Origin: Chloropicon primus
Taxonomy: Eukaryota
Direction: 5' to 3'
NCBI GenBank assembly: GCA_023205875.1
Contig: CP060773.1
Span: forward strand, 310,001 to 374,000
DNA length: 64,000 nucleotides
A program made the position numbers and the translations under genes. This document shows positions 15,001 to 30,000 of this stretch, piece after piece. The stretch's first letter is position 1. Every line of letters begins with the position of its first letter. Below the pieces are notes generated by a model. That model made no database searches. It had not been told where the DNA came from and was given only the letters and a program-made list of their open reading frames with translations.

Positions 15001-18000
15001 GTAGTGTCACCAGTAACACCCAAGGTACCAGCGATGGCAGTATTACCAGAGTCATCAGCCACGGTAAACTTGTCCGAGTCCATCGTCAAACCACCATTCA
15101 ACACAGTGGCGCCAGTAACAGTAGTGTCACCAGTAACACCCAAGGTACCAGCGATGGCAGTATTACCAGTGTTATCAGCCACGGTAAACTTGTCCGAGTC
15201 CATCGTCAAACCACCATTCAACACAGTGGCACCAGTCGTTGTCAACGTACCAGCGATGGCAGTATTACCAGAGCCATCAGCCACGGTAAACTTGTCCGAG
15301 TCCATCGTCAAACCACCATTCAACACAGTGGCGCCAGTAACAGTAGTGTCACCAGTAACACCCAAGGTACCAGCGATGGCAGTATTACCAGAGTCATCAG
15401 CCACGGTAAACTTGTCCGAGTCCATCGTCAAACCACCATTCAACACAGTGGCACCAGTAACAGTAGTGTCACCAGTAACACCCAAGGTACCAGCGATGGC
15501 AGTATTACCAGAGCCATCAGCCACGGTAAACTTGTCCGAGTCCATCGTCAAACCACCATTCAACACAGTGGCACCAGTAACAGTAGTGTCACCAGTAACA
15601 CCCAAGGTACCAGCGATGGCAGTATTACCAGAGTCATCAGCCACGGTAAACTTGTCCGAGTCCATCGTCAAACCACCATTCAACACAGTGGCGCCAGTAA
15701 CAGTAGTGTCACCAGTAACACCCAAGGTACCAGCGATGGCAGTATTACCAGAGTCATCAGCCACGGTAAACTTGTCCGAGTCCATCGTCAAACCACCATT
15801 CAACACAGTGGCACCAGTAACAGTAGTGTCACCAGTAACACCCAAGGTACCAGCGATGGCAGTATTACCAGAGTCATCAGCCACGGTAAACTTGTCCGAG
15901 TCCATCGTCAAACCACCATTCAACACAGTGGCGCCAGTAACAGTAGTGTCACCAGTAACACCCAAGGTACCAGCGATGGCAGTATTACCAGAGTCATCAG
16001 CCACGGTAAACTTGTCCGAGTCCATCGTCAAACCACCATTCAACACAGTGGCACCAGTAACAGTAGTGTCACCAGTAACACCCAAGGTACCAGCGATGGC
16101 AGTATTACCAGAGTCATCAGCCACGGTAAACTTGTCCGAGTCCATCGTCAAACCACCATTCAACACAGTGGCACCAGTAACAGTAGTGTCACCAGTAACA
16201 CCCAAGGTACCAGCGATGGCAGTATTACCAGAGTCATCAGCCACGGTAAACTTGTCCGAGTCCATCGTCAAACCACCATTCAACACAGTGGCACCAGTAA
16301 CAGTAGTGTCACCAGTAACACCCAAGGTACCAGCGATGGCAGTATTACCAGAGTCATCAGCCACGGTAAACTTGTCCGAGTCCATCGTCAAACCACCATT
16401 CAACACAGTGGCACCAGTCGTTGTCAACGTACCAGCGATGGCAGTATTACCAGAGCCATCAGCCACGGTAAACTTGTCCGAGTCCATCGTCAAACCACCA
16501 TTCAACACAGTGGCACCAGTAACAGTAGTGTCACCAGTAACACCCAAGGTACCAGCGATGGCAGTATTACCAGAGTCATCAGCCACGGTAAACTTGTCCG
16601 AGTCCATCGTCAAACCACCATTCAACACAGTGGCGCCAGTAACAGTAGTGTCACCAGTAACACCCAAGGTACCAGCGATGGCAGTATTACCAGTGTTATC
16701 AGCCACGGTAAACTTGTCCGAGTCCATCGTCAAACCACCATTCAACACAGTGGCACCAGTCGTTGTCAACGTACCAGCGATGGCAGTATTACCAGAGCCA
16801 TCAGCCACGGTAAACTTGTCCGAGTCCATCGTCAAACCACCATTCAACACAGTGGCGCCAGTAACAGTAGTGTCACCAGTAACACCCAAGGTACCAGCGA
16901 TGGCAGTATTACCAGAGTCATCAGCCACGGTAAACTTGTCCGAGTCCATCGTCAAACCACCATTCAACACAGTGGCACCAGTAACAGTAGTGTCACCAGT
17001 AACACCCAAGGTACCAGCGATGGCAGTATTACCAGAGCCATCAGCCACGGTAAACTTGTCCGAGTCCATCGTCAAACCACCATTCAACACAGTGGCACCA
17101 GTAACAGTAGTGTCACCAGTAACACCCAAGGTACCAGCGATGGCAGTATTACCAGAGTCATCAGCCACGGTAAACTTGTCCGAGTCCATCGTCAAACCAC
17201 CATTCAACACAGTGGCGCCAGTAACAGTAGTGTCACCAGTAACACCCAAGGTACCAGCGATGGCAGTATTACCAGAGTCATCAGCCACGGTAAACTTGTC
17301 CGAGTCCATCGTCAAACCACCATTCAACACAGTGGCACCAGTAACAGTAGTGTCACCAGTAACACCCAAGGTACCAGCGATGGCAGTATTACCAGAGTCA
17401 TCAGCCACGGTAAACTTGTCCGAGTCCATCGTCAAACCACCATTCAACACAGTGGCGCCAGTAACAGTAGTGTCACCAGTAACACCCAAGGTACCAGCGA
17501 TGGCAGTATTACCAGAGTCATCAGCCACGGTAAACTTGTCCGAGTCCATCGTCAAACCACCATTCAACACAGTGGCACCAGTAACAGTAGTGTCACCAGT
17601 AACACCCAAGGTACCAGCGATGGCAGTATTACCAGAGTCATCAGCCACGGTAAACTTGTCCGAGTCCATCGTCAAACCACCATTCAACACAGTGGCACCA
17701 GTAACAGTAGTGTCACCAGTAACACCCAAGGTACCAGCGATGGCAGTATTACCAGAGTCATCAGCCACGGTAAACTTGTCCGAGTCCATCGTCAAACCAC
17801 CATTCAACACAGTGGCACCAGTCGTTGTCAACGTACCAGCGATGGCAGTATTACCAGAGCCATCAGCCACGGTAAACTTGTCCGAGTCCATCGTCAAACC
17901 ACCATTCAACACAGTGGCGCCAGTAACAGTAGTGTCACCAGTAACACCCAAGGTACCAGCGATGGCAGTATTACCAGAGTCATCAGCCACGGTAAACTTG

Positions 18001-21000
18001 TCCGAGTCCATCGTCAAACCACCATTCAACACAGTGGCGCCAGTAACAGTAGTGTCACCAGTAACACCCAAGGTACCAGCGATGGCAGTATTACCAGTGT
18101 TATCAGCCACGGTAAACTTGTCCGAGTCCATCGTCAAACCACCATTCAACACAGTGGCACCAGTCGTTGTCAACGTACCAGCGATGGCAGTATTACCAGA
18201 GCCATCAGCCACGGTAAACTTGTCCGAGTCCATCGTCAAACCACCATTCAACACAGTGGCGCCAGTAACAGTAGTGTCACCAGTAACACCCAAGGTACCA
18301 GCGATGGCAGTATTACCAGTGTTATCAGCCACGGTAAACTTGTCCGAGTCCATCGTCAAACCACCATTCAACACAGTGGCACCAGTAACAGTAGTGTCAC
18401 CAGTAACACCCAAGGTACCAGCGATGGCAGTATTACCAGAGCCATCAGCCACGGTAAACTTGTCCGAGTCCATCGTCAAACCACCATTCAACACAGTGGC
18501 ACCAGTAACAGTAGTGTCACCAGTAACACCCAAGGTACCAGCGATGGCAGTATTACCAGAGTCATCAGCCACGGTAAACTTGTCCGAGTCCATCGTCAAA
18601 CCACCATTCAACACAGTGGCGCCAGTAACAGTAGTGTCACCAGTAACACCCAAGGTACCAGCGATGGCAGTATTACCAGAGTCATCAGCCACGGTAAACT
18701 TGTCCGAGTCCATCGTCAAACCACCATTCAACACAGTGGCACCAGTAACAGTAGTGTCACCAGTAACACCCAAGGTACCAGCGATGGCAGTATTACCAGA
18801 GTCATCAGCCACGGTAAACTTGTCCGAGTCCATCGTCAAACCACCATTCAACACAGTGGCGCCAGTAACAGTAGTGTCACCAGTAACACCCAAGGTACCA
18901 GCGATGGCAGTATTACCAGAGTCATCAGCCACGGTAAACTTGTCCGAGTCCATCGTCAAACCACCATTCAACACAGTGGCACCAGTAACAGTAGTGTCAC
19001 CAGTAACACCCAAGGTACCAGCGATGGCAGTATTACCAGAGTCATCAGCCACGGTAAACTTGTCCGAGTCCATCGTCAAACCACCATTCAACACAGTGGC
19101 GCCAGTAACAGTAGTGTCACCAGTAACACCCAAGGTACCAGCGATGGCAGTATTACCAGTGTTATCAGCCACGGTAAACTTGTCCGAGTCCATCGTCAAA
19201 CCACCATTCAACACAGTGGCGCCAGTAACAGTAGTGTCACCAGTAACACCCAAGGTACCAGCGATGGCAGTATTACCAGAGTCATCAGCCACGGTAAACT
19301 TGTCCGAGTCCATCGTCAAACCACCATTCAACACAGTGGCGCCAGTAACAGTAGTGTCACCAGTAACACCCAAGGTACCAGCGATGGCAGTATTACCAGA
19401 GTCATCAGCCACGGTAAACTTGTCCGAGTCCATCGTCAAACCACCATTCAACACAGTGGCGCCAGTAACAGTAGTGTCACCAGTAACACCCAAGGTACCA
19501 GCGATGGCAGTATTACCAGTGTTATCAGCCACGGTAAACTTGTCCGAGTCCATCGTCAAACCACCATTCAACACAGTGGCACCAGTCGTTGTCAACGTAC
19601 CAGCGATGGCAGTATTACCAGAGCCATCAGCCACGGTAAACTTGTCCGAGTCCATCGTCAAACCACCATTCAACACAGTGGCGCCAGTAACAGTAGTGTC
19701 ACCAGTAACACCCAAGGTACCAGCGATGGCAGTATTACCAGAGCCATCAGCCACGGTAAACTTGTCCGAGTCCATCGTCAAACCACCATTCAACACAGTG
19801 GCGCCAGTAACAGTAGTGTCACCAGTAACACCCAAGGTACCAGCGATGGCAGTATTACCAGAGCCATCAGCCACGGTAAACTTGTCCGAGTCCATCGTCA
19901 AACCACCATTCAACACAGTGGCGCTAGTAACACCCAAGGTACCAGCGATGGCAGTATTACCAGAGCCATCAGCCACGGTAAACTTGTCCGAGTCCATCGT
20001 CAAACCACCATTCAACACAGTGGCACCAGTAACAGTAGTGTCACCAGTAACACCCAAGGTACCAGCGATGGCAGTATTACCAGAGTTATCAGCCACGGTA
20101 AACTTGTCCGAGTCCATCGTCAAACCACCATTCAACACAGTGGCACCAGTAACAGTGATGCACCAGTAACACCCAAGGTACCAGCGATGGCAGTATTACC
20201 AGAGCCATCAGCCACGGTAAACTTGTCCGAGTCCATCGTCAAACCACCATTCAACACAGTGGCGCCAGTAACAGTAGTGTCACCAGTAACACCCAAGGTA
20301 CCAGCGATGGCAGTATTACCAGAGGCATCAGCCACGGTAAACTTGTCCGAGTCCATCGTCAAACCACCATTCAACACAGTGGCGCCAGTAACAGTAGTGT
20401 CACCAGTAACACCCAAGGTACCAGCGATGGCAGTATTACCAGAGTCATCAGCCACGGTAAACTTGTCCGAGTCCATCGTCAAACCACCATTCAACACAGT
20501 GGCGCCAGTAACAGTAGTGTCACCAGTAACACCCAAGGTACCAGCGATGGCAGTATTACCAGAGTCATCAGCCACGGTAAACTTGTCCGAGTCCATCGTC
20601 AAACCACCATTCAACACAGTGGCGCCAGTCGTTGTCAACGTACCAGCGATGGCAGTATTACCAGAGTCATCAGCCACGGTAAACTTGTCCGAGTCCATCG
20701 TCAAACCACCATTCAACACAGTGGCGCCAGTAACAGTAGTGTCACCAGTAACACCCAAGGTACCAGCGATGTCAGTATTACCAGAGCCATCAGCCACGGT
20801 AAACTTGTCCGAGTCCATCGTCAAACCACCATTCAACACAGTGGCGCCAGTAACAGTAGTGTCACCAGTAACACCCAAGGTACCAGCGATGGCAGTATTA
20901 CCAGAGCCATCAGCCACGGTAAACTTGTCCGAGTCCATCGTCAAACCACCATTCAACACAGTGGCGCCAGTAACAGTAGTGTCACCAGTAACACCCAAGG

Positions 21001-24000
21001 TACCAGCGATGGCAGTATTACCAGAGTCATCAGCCACGGTAAACTTGTCCGAGTCCATTGTCAAACCACCATTCAACACAGTGGCGCCAGTCGTTGTCAA
21101 CGTACCAGCGATGGCAGTATTACCAGAGTCATCAGCCACGGTAAACTTGTCCGAGTCCATCGTCAAACCACCATTCAACACAGTGGCGCCAGTAACAGTA
21201 GTGTCACCAGTAACACCCAAGGTACCAGCGATGGCAGTATTACCAGAGCCATCAGCCACGGTAAACTTGTCCGAGTCCATCGTCAAACCACCATTCAACA
21301 CAGTGGCGCCAGTAACAGTAGTGTCACCAGTAACACCCAAGGTACCAGCGATGGCAGTATTACCAGAGTCATCAGCCACGGTAAACTTGTCCGAGTCCAT
21401 CGTCAAACCACCATTCAACACAGTGGCGCCAGTAACAGTAGTGTCACCAGTAACACCCAAGGTACCAGCGATGGCAGTATTACCAGAGTCATCAGCCACG
21501 GTAAACTTGTCCGAGTCCATCGTCAAACCACCATTCAACACAGTGGCGCCAGTAACAGTAGTGTCACCAGTAACACCCAAGGTACCAGCGATGGCAGTAT
21601 TACCAGTGTTATCAGCCACGGTAAACTTGTCCGAGTCCATCGTCAAACCACCATTCAACACAGTGGCGCCAGTCGTTGTCAACGTACCAGCGATGGCAGT
21701 ATTACCAGAGTCATCAGCCACGGTAAACTTGTCCGAGTCCATCGTCAAACCACCATTCAACACAGTGGCGCCAGTAACACCCAAGGTACCAGCGATGGCA
21801 GTATTACCAGAGCCATCAGCCACGGTAAACTTGTCCGAGTCCATCGTCAAACCACCATTCAACACAGTGGCACCAGTAACAGTGATAGCACCAGTAACAC
21901 CCAAGGTACCAGCGATGGCAGTATTACCAGAGCCATCAGCCACGGTAAACTTGTCCGAGTCCATCGTCAAACCACCATTCAACACAGTGGCGCCAGTAAC
22001 AGTAGTGTCACCAGTAACACCCAAGGTACCAGCGATGGCAGTATTACCAGAGCCATCAGCCACGGTAAACTTGTCCGAGTCCATCGTCAAACCACCATTC
22101 AACACAGTGGCGCCAGTAACAGTAGTGTCACCAGTAACACCCAAGGTACCAGCGATGTCAGTATTACCAGAGTCATCAGCCACGGTAAACTTGTCCGAGT
22201 CCATCGTCAAACCACCATTCAACACAGTGGCGCCAGTAACAGTAGTGTCACCAGTAACACCCAAGGTACCAGCGATGGCAGTATTACCAGAGCCATCAGC
22301 CACGGTAAACTTGTCCGAGTCCATCGTCAAACCACCATTCAACACAGTGGCGCCAGTAACACCCAAGGTACCAGCGATGGCAGTATTACCAGAGCCATCA
22401 GCCACGGTAAACTTGTCCGAGTCCATCGTCAAACCACCATTCAACACAGTGGCACCAGTAACAGTAGTGTCACCAGTAACACCCAAGGTACCAGCGATGG
22501 CAGTATTACCAGTGTTATCAGCCACGGTAAACTTGTCCGAGTCCATCGTCAAACCACCATTCAACACAGTGGCGCCAGTAACAGTAGTGTCACCAGTAAC
22601 ACCCAAGGTACCAGCGATGGCAGTATTACCAGAGTCATCAGCCACGGTAAACTTGTCCGAGTCCATCGTCAAACCACCATTCAACACAGTGGCGCCAGTA
22701 ACAGTAGTGTCACCAGTAACACCCAAGGTACCAGTGATGGCAGTATTACCAGAGTCATCAGCCACGGTAAACTTGTCCGAGTCCATTGTCAAACCACCAT
22801 TCAACACAGTGGCGCCAGTCGTTGTCAACGTACCAGCGATGGCAGTATTACCAGAGTCATCAGCCACGGTAAACTTGTCCGAGTCCATCGTCAAACCACC
22901 ATTCAACACAGTGGCGCCAGTAACAGTAGTGTCACCAGTAACACCCAAGGTACCAGCGATGTCAGTATTACCAGAGCCATCAGCCACGGTAAACTTGTCC
23001 GAGTCCATCGTCAAACCACCATTCAACACAGTGGCGCCAGTAACAGTAGTGTCACCAGTAACACCCAAGGTACCAGCGATGGCAGTATTACCAGAGTCAT
23101 CAGCCACGGTAAACTTGTCCGAGTCCATCGTCAAACCACCATTCAACACAGTGGCACCAGTAACAGTAGTGTCACCAGTAACACCCAAGGTACCAGCGAT
23201 GGCAGTATTACCAGAGTCATCAGCCACGGTAAACTTGTCCGAGTCCATTGTCAAACCACCATTCAACACAGTGGCGCCAGTCGTTGTCAACGTACCAGCG
23301 ATGGCAGTATTACCAGAGTCATCAGCCACGGTAAACTTGTCCGAGTCCATCGTCAAACCACCATTCAACACAGTGGCGCCAGTAACAGTAGTGTCACCAG
23401 TAACACCCAAGGTACCAGCGATGTCAGTATTACCAGAGCCATCAGCCACGGTAAACTTGTCCGAGTCCATCGTCAAACCACCATTCAACACAGTGGCGCC
23501 AGTAACAGTAGTGTCACCAGTAACACCCAAGGTACCAGCGATGGCAGTATTACCAGAGTCATCAGCCACGGTAAACTTGTCCGAGTCCATCGTCAAACCA
23601 CCATTCAACACAGTGGCGCCAGTAACAGTAGTGTCACCAGTAACACCCAAGGTACCAGCGATGGCAGTATTACCAGAGTCATCAGCCACGGTAAACTTGT
23701 CCGAGTCCATCGTCAAACCACCATTCAACACAGTGGCGCCAGTAACAGTAGTGTCACCAGTAACACCCAAGGTACCAGCGATGGCAGTATTACCAGTGTT
23801 ATCAGCCACGGTAAACTTGTCCGAGTCCATCGTCAAACCACCATTCAACACAGTGGCGCCAGTCGTTGTCAACGTACCAGCGATGGCAGTATTACCAGAG
23901 TCATCAGCCACGGTAAACTTGTCCGAGTCCATCGTCAAACCACCATTCAACACAGTGGCGCCAGTAACACCCAAGGTACCAGCGATGGCAGTATTACCAG

Positions 24001-27000
24001 AGCCATCAGCCACGGTAAACTTGTCCGAGTCCATCGTCAAACCACCATTCAACACAGTGGCACCAGTAACAGTGATAGCACCAGTAACACCCAAGGTACC
24101 AGCGATGGCAGTATTACCAGAGCCATCAGCCACGGTAAACTTGTCCGAGTCCATCGTCAAACCACCATTCAACACAGTGGCGCCAGTAACAGTAGTGTCA
24201 CCAGTAACACCCAAGGTACCAGCGATGGCAGTATTACCAGAGCCATCAGCCACGGTAAACTTGTCCGAGTCCATCGTCAAACCACCATTCAACACAGTGG
24301 CGCCAGTAACAGTAGTGTCACCAGTAACACCCAAGGTACCAGCGATGTCAGTATTACCAGAGTCATCAGCCACGGTAAACTTGTCCGAGTCCATCGTCAA
24401 ACCACCATTCAACACAGTGGCGCCAGTAACAGTAGTGTCACCAGTAACACCCAAGGTACCAGCGATGGCAGTATTACCAGAGCCATCAGCCACGGTAAAC
24501 TTGTCCGAGTCCATCGTCAAACCACCATTCAACACAGTGGCGCCAGTAACACCCAAGGTACCAGCGATGGCAGTATTACCAGAGCCATCAGCCACGGTAA
24601 ACTTGTCCGAGTCCATCGTCAAACCACCATTCAACACAGTGGCACCAGTAACAGTAGTGTCACCAGTAACACCCAAGGTACCAGCGATGGCAGTATTACC
24701 AGTGTTATCAGCCACGGTAAACTTGTCCGAGTCCATCGTCAAACCACCATTCAACACAGTGGCGCCAGTAACAGTAGTGTCACCAGTAACACCCAAGGTA
24801 CCAGCGATGGCAGTATTACCAGAGTCATCAGCCACGGTAAACTTGTCCGAGTCCATTGTCAAACCACCATTCAACACAGTGGCGCCAGTAACAGTAGTGT
24901 CACCAGTAACACCCAAGGTACCAGTGATAGCAGTATTACCAGAGTCATCAGCCACGGTAAACTTGTCCGAGTCCATTGTCAAACCACCATTCAACACAGT
25001 GGCGCCAGTCGTTGTCAACGTACCAGCGATGGCAGTATTACCAGAGTCATCAGCCACGGTAAACTTGTCCGAGTCCATCGTCAAACCACCATTCAACACA
25101 GTGGCGCCAGTAACAGTAGTGTCACCAGTAACACCCAAGGTACCAGCGATGTCAGTATTACCAGAGCCATCAGCCACGGTAAACTTGTCCGAGTCCATCG
25201 TCAAACCACCATTCAACACAGTGGCGCCAGTAACAGTAGTGTCACCAGTAACACCCAAGGTACCAGCGATGTCAGTATTACCAGAGTCATCAGCCACGGT
25301 AAACTTGTCCGAGTCCATCGTCAAACCACCATTCAACACAGTGGCACCAGTAACAGTAGTGTCACCAGTAACACCCAAGGTACCAGCGATGGCAGTATTA
25401 CCAGAGTCATCAGCCACGGTAAACTTGTCCGAGTCCATTGTCAAACCACCATTCAACACAGTGGCGCCAGTCGTTGTCAACGTACCAGCGATGGCAGTAT
25501 TACCAGAGTCATCAGCCACGGTAAACTTGTCCGAGTCCATCGTCAAACCACCATTCAACACAGTGGCGCCAGTAACAGTAGTGTCACCAGTAACACCCAA
25601 GGTACCAGCGATGTCAGTATTACCAGAGCCATCAGCCACGGTAAACTTGTCCGAGTCCATCGTCAAACCACCATTCAACACAGTGGCGCCAGTAACAGTA
25701 GTGTCACCAGTAACACCCAAGGTACCAGCGATGGCAGTATTACCAGAGTCATCAGCCACGGTAAACTTGTCCGAGTCCATCGTCAAACCACCATTCAACA
25801 CAGTGGCGCCAGTAACAGTAGTGTCACCAGTAACACCCAAGGTACCAGCGATGGCAGTATTACCAGAGTCATCAGCCACGGTAAACTTGTCCGAGTCCAT
25901 CGTCAAACCACCATTCAACACAGTGGCGCCAGTAACAGTAGTGTCACCAGTAACACCCAAGGTACCAGCGATGGCAGTATTACCAGTGTTATCAGCCACG
26001 GTAAACTTGTCCGAGTCCATCGTCAAACCACCATTCAACACAGTGGCGCCAGTCGTTGTCAACGTACCAGCGATGGCAGTATTACCAGAGTCATCAGCCA
26101 CGGTAAACTTGTCCGAGTCCATCGTCAAACCACCATTCAACACAGTGGCGCCAGTAACACCCAAGGTACCAGCGATGGCAGTATTACCAGAGCCATCAGC
26201 CACGGTAAACTTGTCCGAGTCCATCGTCAAACCACCATTCAACACAGTGGCACCAGTAACAGTGATAGCACCAGTAACACCCAAGGTACCAGCGATGGCA
26301 GTATTACCAGAGTCATCAGCCACGGTAAACTTGTCCGAGTCCATCGTCAAACCACCATTCAACACAGTGGCGCCAGTAACAGTAGTGTCACCAGTAACAC
26401 CCAAGGTACCAGCGATGGCAGTATTACCAGAGCCATCAGCCACGGTAAACTTGTCCGAGTCCATCGTCAAACCACCATTCAACACAGTGGCGCCAGTAAC
26501 AGTAGTGTCACCAGTAACACCCAAGGTACCAGCGATGTCAGTATTACCAGAGTCATCAGCCACGGTAAACTTGTCCGAGTCCATCGTCAAACCACCATTC
26601 AACACAGTGGCGCCAGTAACAGTAGTGTCACCAGTAACACCCAAGGTACCAGCGATGTCAGTATTACCAGAGCCATCAGCCACGGTAAACTTGTCCGAGT
26701 CCATCGTCAAACCACCATTCAACACAGTGGCGCTAGTAACACCCAAGGTACCAGCGATGGCAGTATTACCAGAGCCATCAGCCACGGTAAACTTGTCCGA
26801 GTCCATCGTCAAACCACCATTCAACACAGTGGCGCCAGTAACACCCAAGGTACCAGCGATGGCAGTATTACCAGAGCCATCAGCCACGGTAAACTTGTCC
26901 GAGTCCATCGTCAAACCACCATTCAACACAGTGGCGCCAGTAACAGTAGTGTCACCAGTAACACCCAAGGTACCAGCGATGGCAGTATTACCAGTGTTAT

Positions 27001-30000
27001 CAGCCACGGTAAACTTGTCCGAGTCCATCGTCAAACCACCATTCAACACAGTGGCACCAGTAACAGTGATAGCACCAGTAACACCCAAGGTACCAGCGAT
27101 GGCAGTATTACCAGAGCCATCAGCCACGGTAAACTTGTCCGAGTCCATCGTCAAACCACCATTCAACACAGTGGCGCCAGTAACAGTGGTGTCACCAGTA
27201 ACACCCAAGGTACCAGCGATGGCAGTATTACCAGAGCCATCAGCCACGGTAAACTTGTCCGAGTCCATCGTCAAACCACCTTTCAACACAGTGGCGCCAG
27301 TAACAGTAGTGTCACCAGTAACACCCAAGGTACCAGCGATGGCAGTATTACCAGAGTCATCAGCCACGGTAAACTTGTCCGAGTCCATTGTCAAACCACC
27401 ATTCAACACAGTGGCGCCAGTAACAGTAGTGTCACCAGTAACACCCAAGGTACCAGCGATGGCAGTATTACCAGAGTCATCAGCCACGGTAAACTTGTCC
27501 GAGTCCATCGTCAAACCACCATTCAACACAGTGGCACCAGTCGTTGTCAACGTACCAGCGATGTCAGTATTACCAGAGCCATCAGCCACGGTAAACTTGT
27601 CCGAGTCCATCGTCAAACCACCATTCAACACAGTGGCGCCAGTAACAGTAGTGTCACCAGTAACACCCAAGGTACCAGCGATGGCAGTATTACCAGAGGC
27701 ATCAGCCACGGTAAACTTGTCCGAGTCCATCGTCAAACCACCATTCAACACAGTGGCGCCAGTCGTTGTCAACGTACCAGCGATGGCAGTATTACCAGAG
27801 TCATCAGCCACGGTAAACTTGTCCGAGTCCATTGTCAAACCACCATTCAACACAGTGGCGCCAGTAACAGTAGTGTCACCAGTAACACCCAAGGTACCAG
27901 CGATGGCAGTATTACCAGAGTCATCAGCCACGGTAAACTTGTCCGAGTCCATTGTCAAACCACCATTCAACACAGTGGCGCCAGTAACAGTAGTGTCACC
28001 AGTAACACCCAAGGTACCAGCGATGGCAGTATTACCAGAGTCATCAGCCACGGTAAACTTGTCCGAGTCCATCGTCAAACCACCATTCAACACAGTGGCA
28101 CCAGTCGTTGTCAACGTACCAGCGATGTCAGTATTACCAGAGCCATCAGCCACGGTAAACTTGTCCGAGTCCATCGTCAAACCACCATTCAACACAGTGG
28201 CGCCAGTAACAGTAGTGTCACCAGTAACACCCAAGGTACCAGCGATGGCAGTATTACCAGAGTCATCAGCCACGGTAAACTTGTCCGAGTCCATCGTCAA
28301 ACCACCATTCAACACAGTGGCGCCAGTCGTTGTCAACGTACCAGCGATGGCAGTATTACCAGAGTCATCAGCCACGGTAAACTTGTCCGAGTCCATTGTC
28401 AAACCACCATTCAACACAGTGGCGCCAGTAACAGTAGTGTCACCAGTAACACCCAAGGTACCAGCGATGGCAGTATTACCAGAGTCATCAGCCACGGTAA
28501 ACTTGTCCGAGTCCATTGTCAAACCACCATTCAACACAGTGGCGCCAGTAACAGTAGTGTCACCAGTAACACCCAAGGTACCAGCGATGGCAGTATTACC
28601 AGAGTCATCAGCCACGGTAAACTTGTCCGAGTCCATCGTCAAACCACCATTCAACACAGTGGCACCAGTCGTTGTCAACGTACCAGCGATGTCAGTATTA
28701 CCAGAGCCATCAGCCACGGTAAACTTGTCCGAGTCCATCGTCAAACCACCATTCAACACAGTGGCGCCAGTAACAGTAGTGTCACCAGTAACACCCAAGG
28801 TACCAGCGATGGCAGTATTACCAGAGTCATCAGCCACGGTAAACTTGTCCGAGTCCATCGTCAAACCACCATTCAACACAGTGGCGCCAGTAACAGTAGT
28901 GTCACCAGTAACACCCAAGGTACCAGCGATGGCAGTATTACCAGAGTCATCAGCCACGGTAAACTTGTCCGAGTCCATCGTCAAACCACCATTCAACACA
29001 GTGGCGCCAGTCGTTGTCAACGTACCAGCGATGGCAGTATTACCAGAGTCATCAGCCACGGTAAACTTGTCCGAGTCCATTGTCAAACCACCATTCAACA
29101 CAGTGGCGCCAGTAACAGTAGTGTCACCAGTAACACCCAAGGTACCAGCGATGGCAGTATTACCAGAGTCATCAGCCACGGTAAACTTGTCCGAGTCCAT
29201 CGTCAAACCACCATTCAACACAGTGGCGCCAGTCGTTGTCAACGTACCAGCGATGGCAGTATTACCAGAGTCATCAGCCACGGTAAACTTGTCCGAGTCC
29301 ATCGTCAAACCACCATTCAACACAGTGGCACCAGTAACAGTAGTGTCACCAGTAACACCCAAGGTACCAGCGATGGCAGTATTACCAGTGCCATCAGCCA
29401 CGGTAAACGTGTTTGTATCCATTGTTAAACCACCATTCAACACAGTGGCACCAGTCGTTGTCAACGTACCAGCGATGTCAGTATTACCAGAGCCATCAGC
29501 CACGGTAAACTTGTCCGAGTCCATCGTCAAACCACCATTCAACACAGTGGCGCCAGTAACAGTAGTGTCACCAGTAACACCCAAGGTACCAGCGATGGCA
29601 GTATTACCAGAGTCATCAGCCACGGTAAACTTGTCCGAGTCCATCGTCAAACCACCATTCAACACAGTGGCGCCAGTAACAGTAGTGTCACCAGTAACAC
29701 CCAAGGTACCAGCGATGGCAGTATTACCAGAGCCATCAGCCACGGTAAACTTGTCCGAGTCCATCGTCAAACCACCATTCAACACAGTGGCGCCAGTCGT
29801 TGTCAACGTACCAGCGATGGCAGTATTACCAGAGTCATCAGCCACGGTAAACTTGTCCGAGTCCATTGTCAAACCACCATTCAACACAGTGGCGCCAGTA
29901 ACAGTAGTGTCACCAGTAACACCCAAGGTACCAGCGATGGCAGTATTACCAGAGTCATCAGCCACGGTAAACTTGTCCGAGTCCATCGTCAAACCACCAT

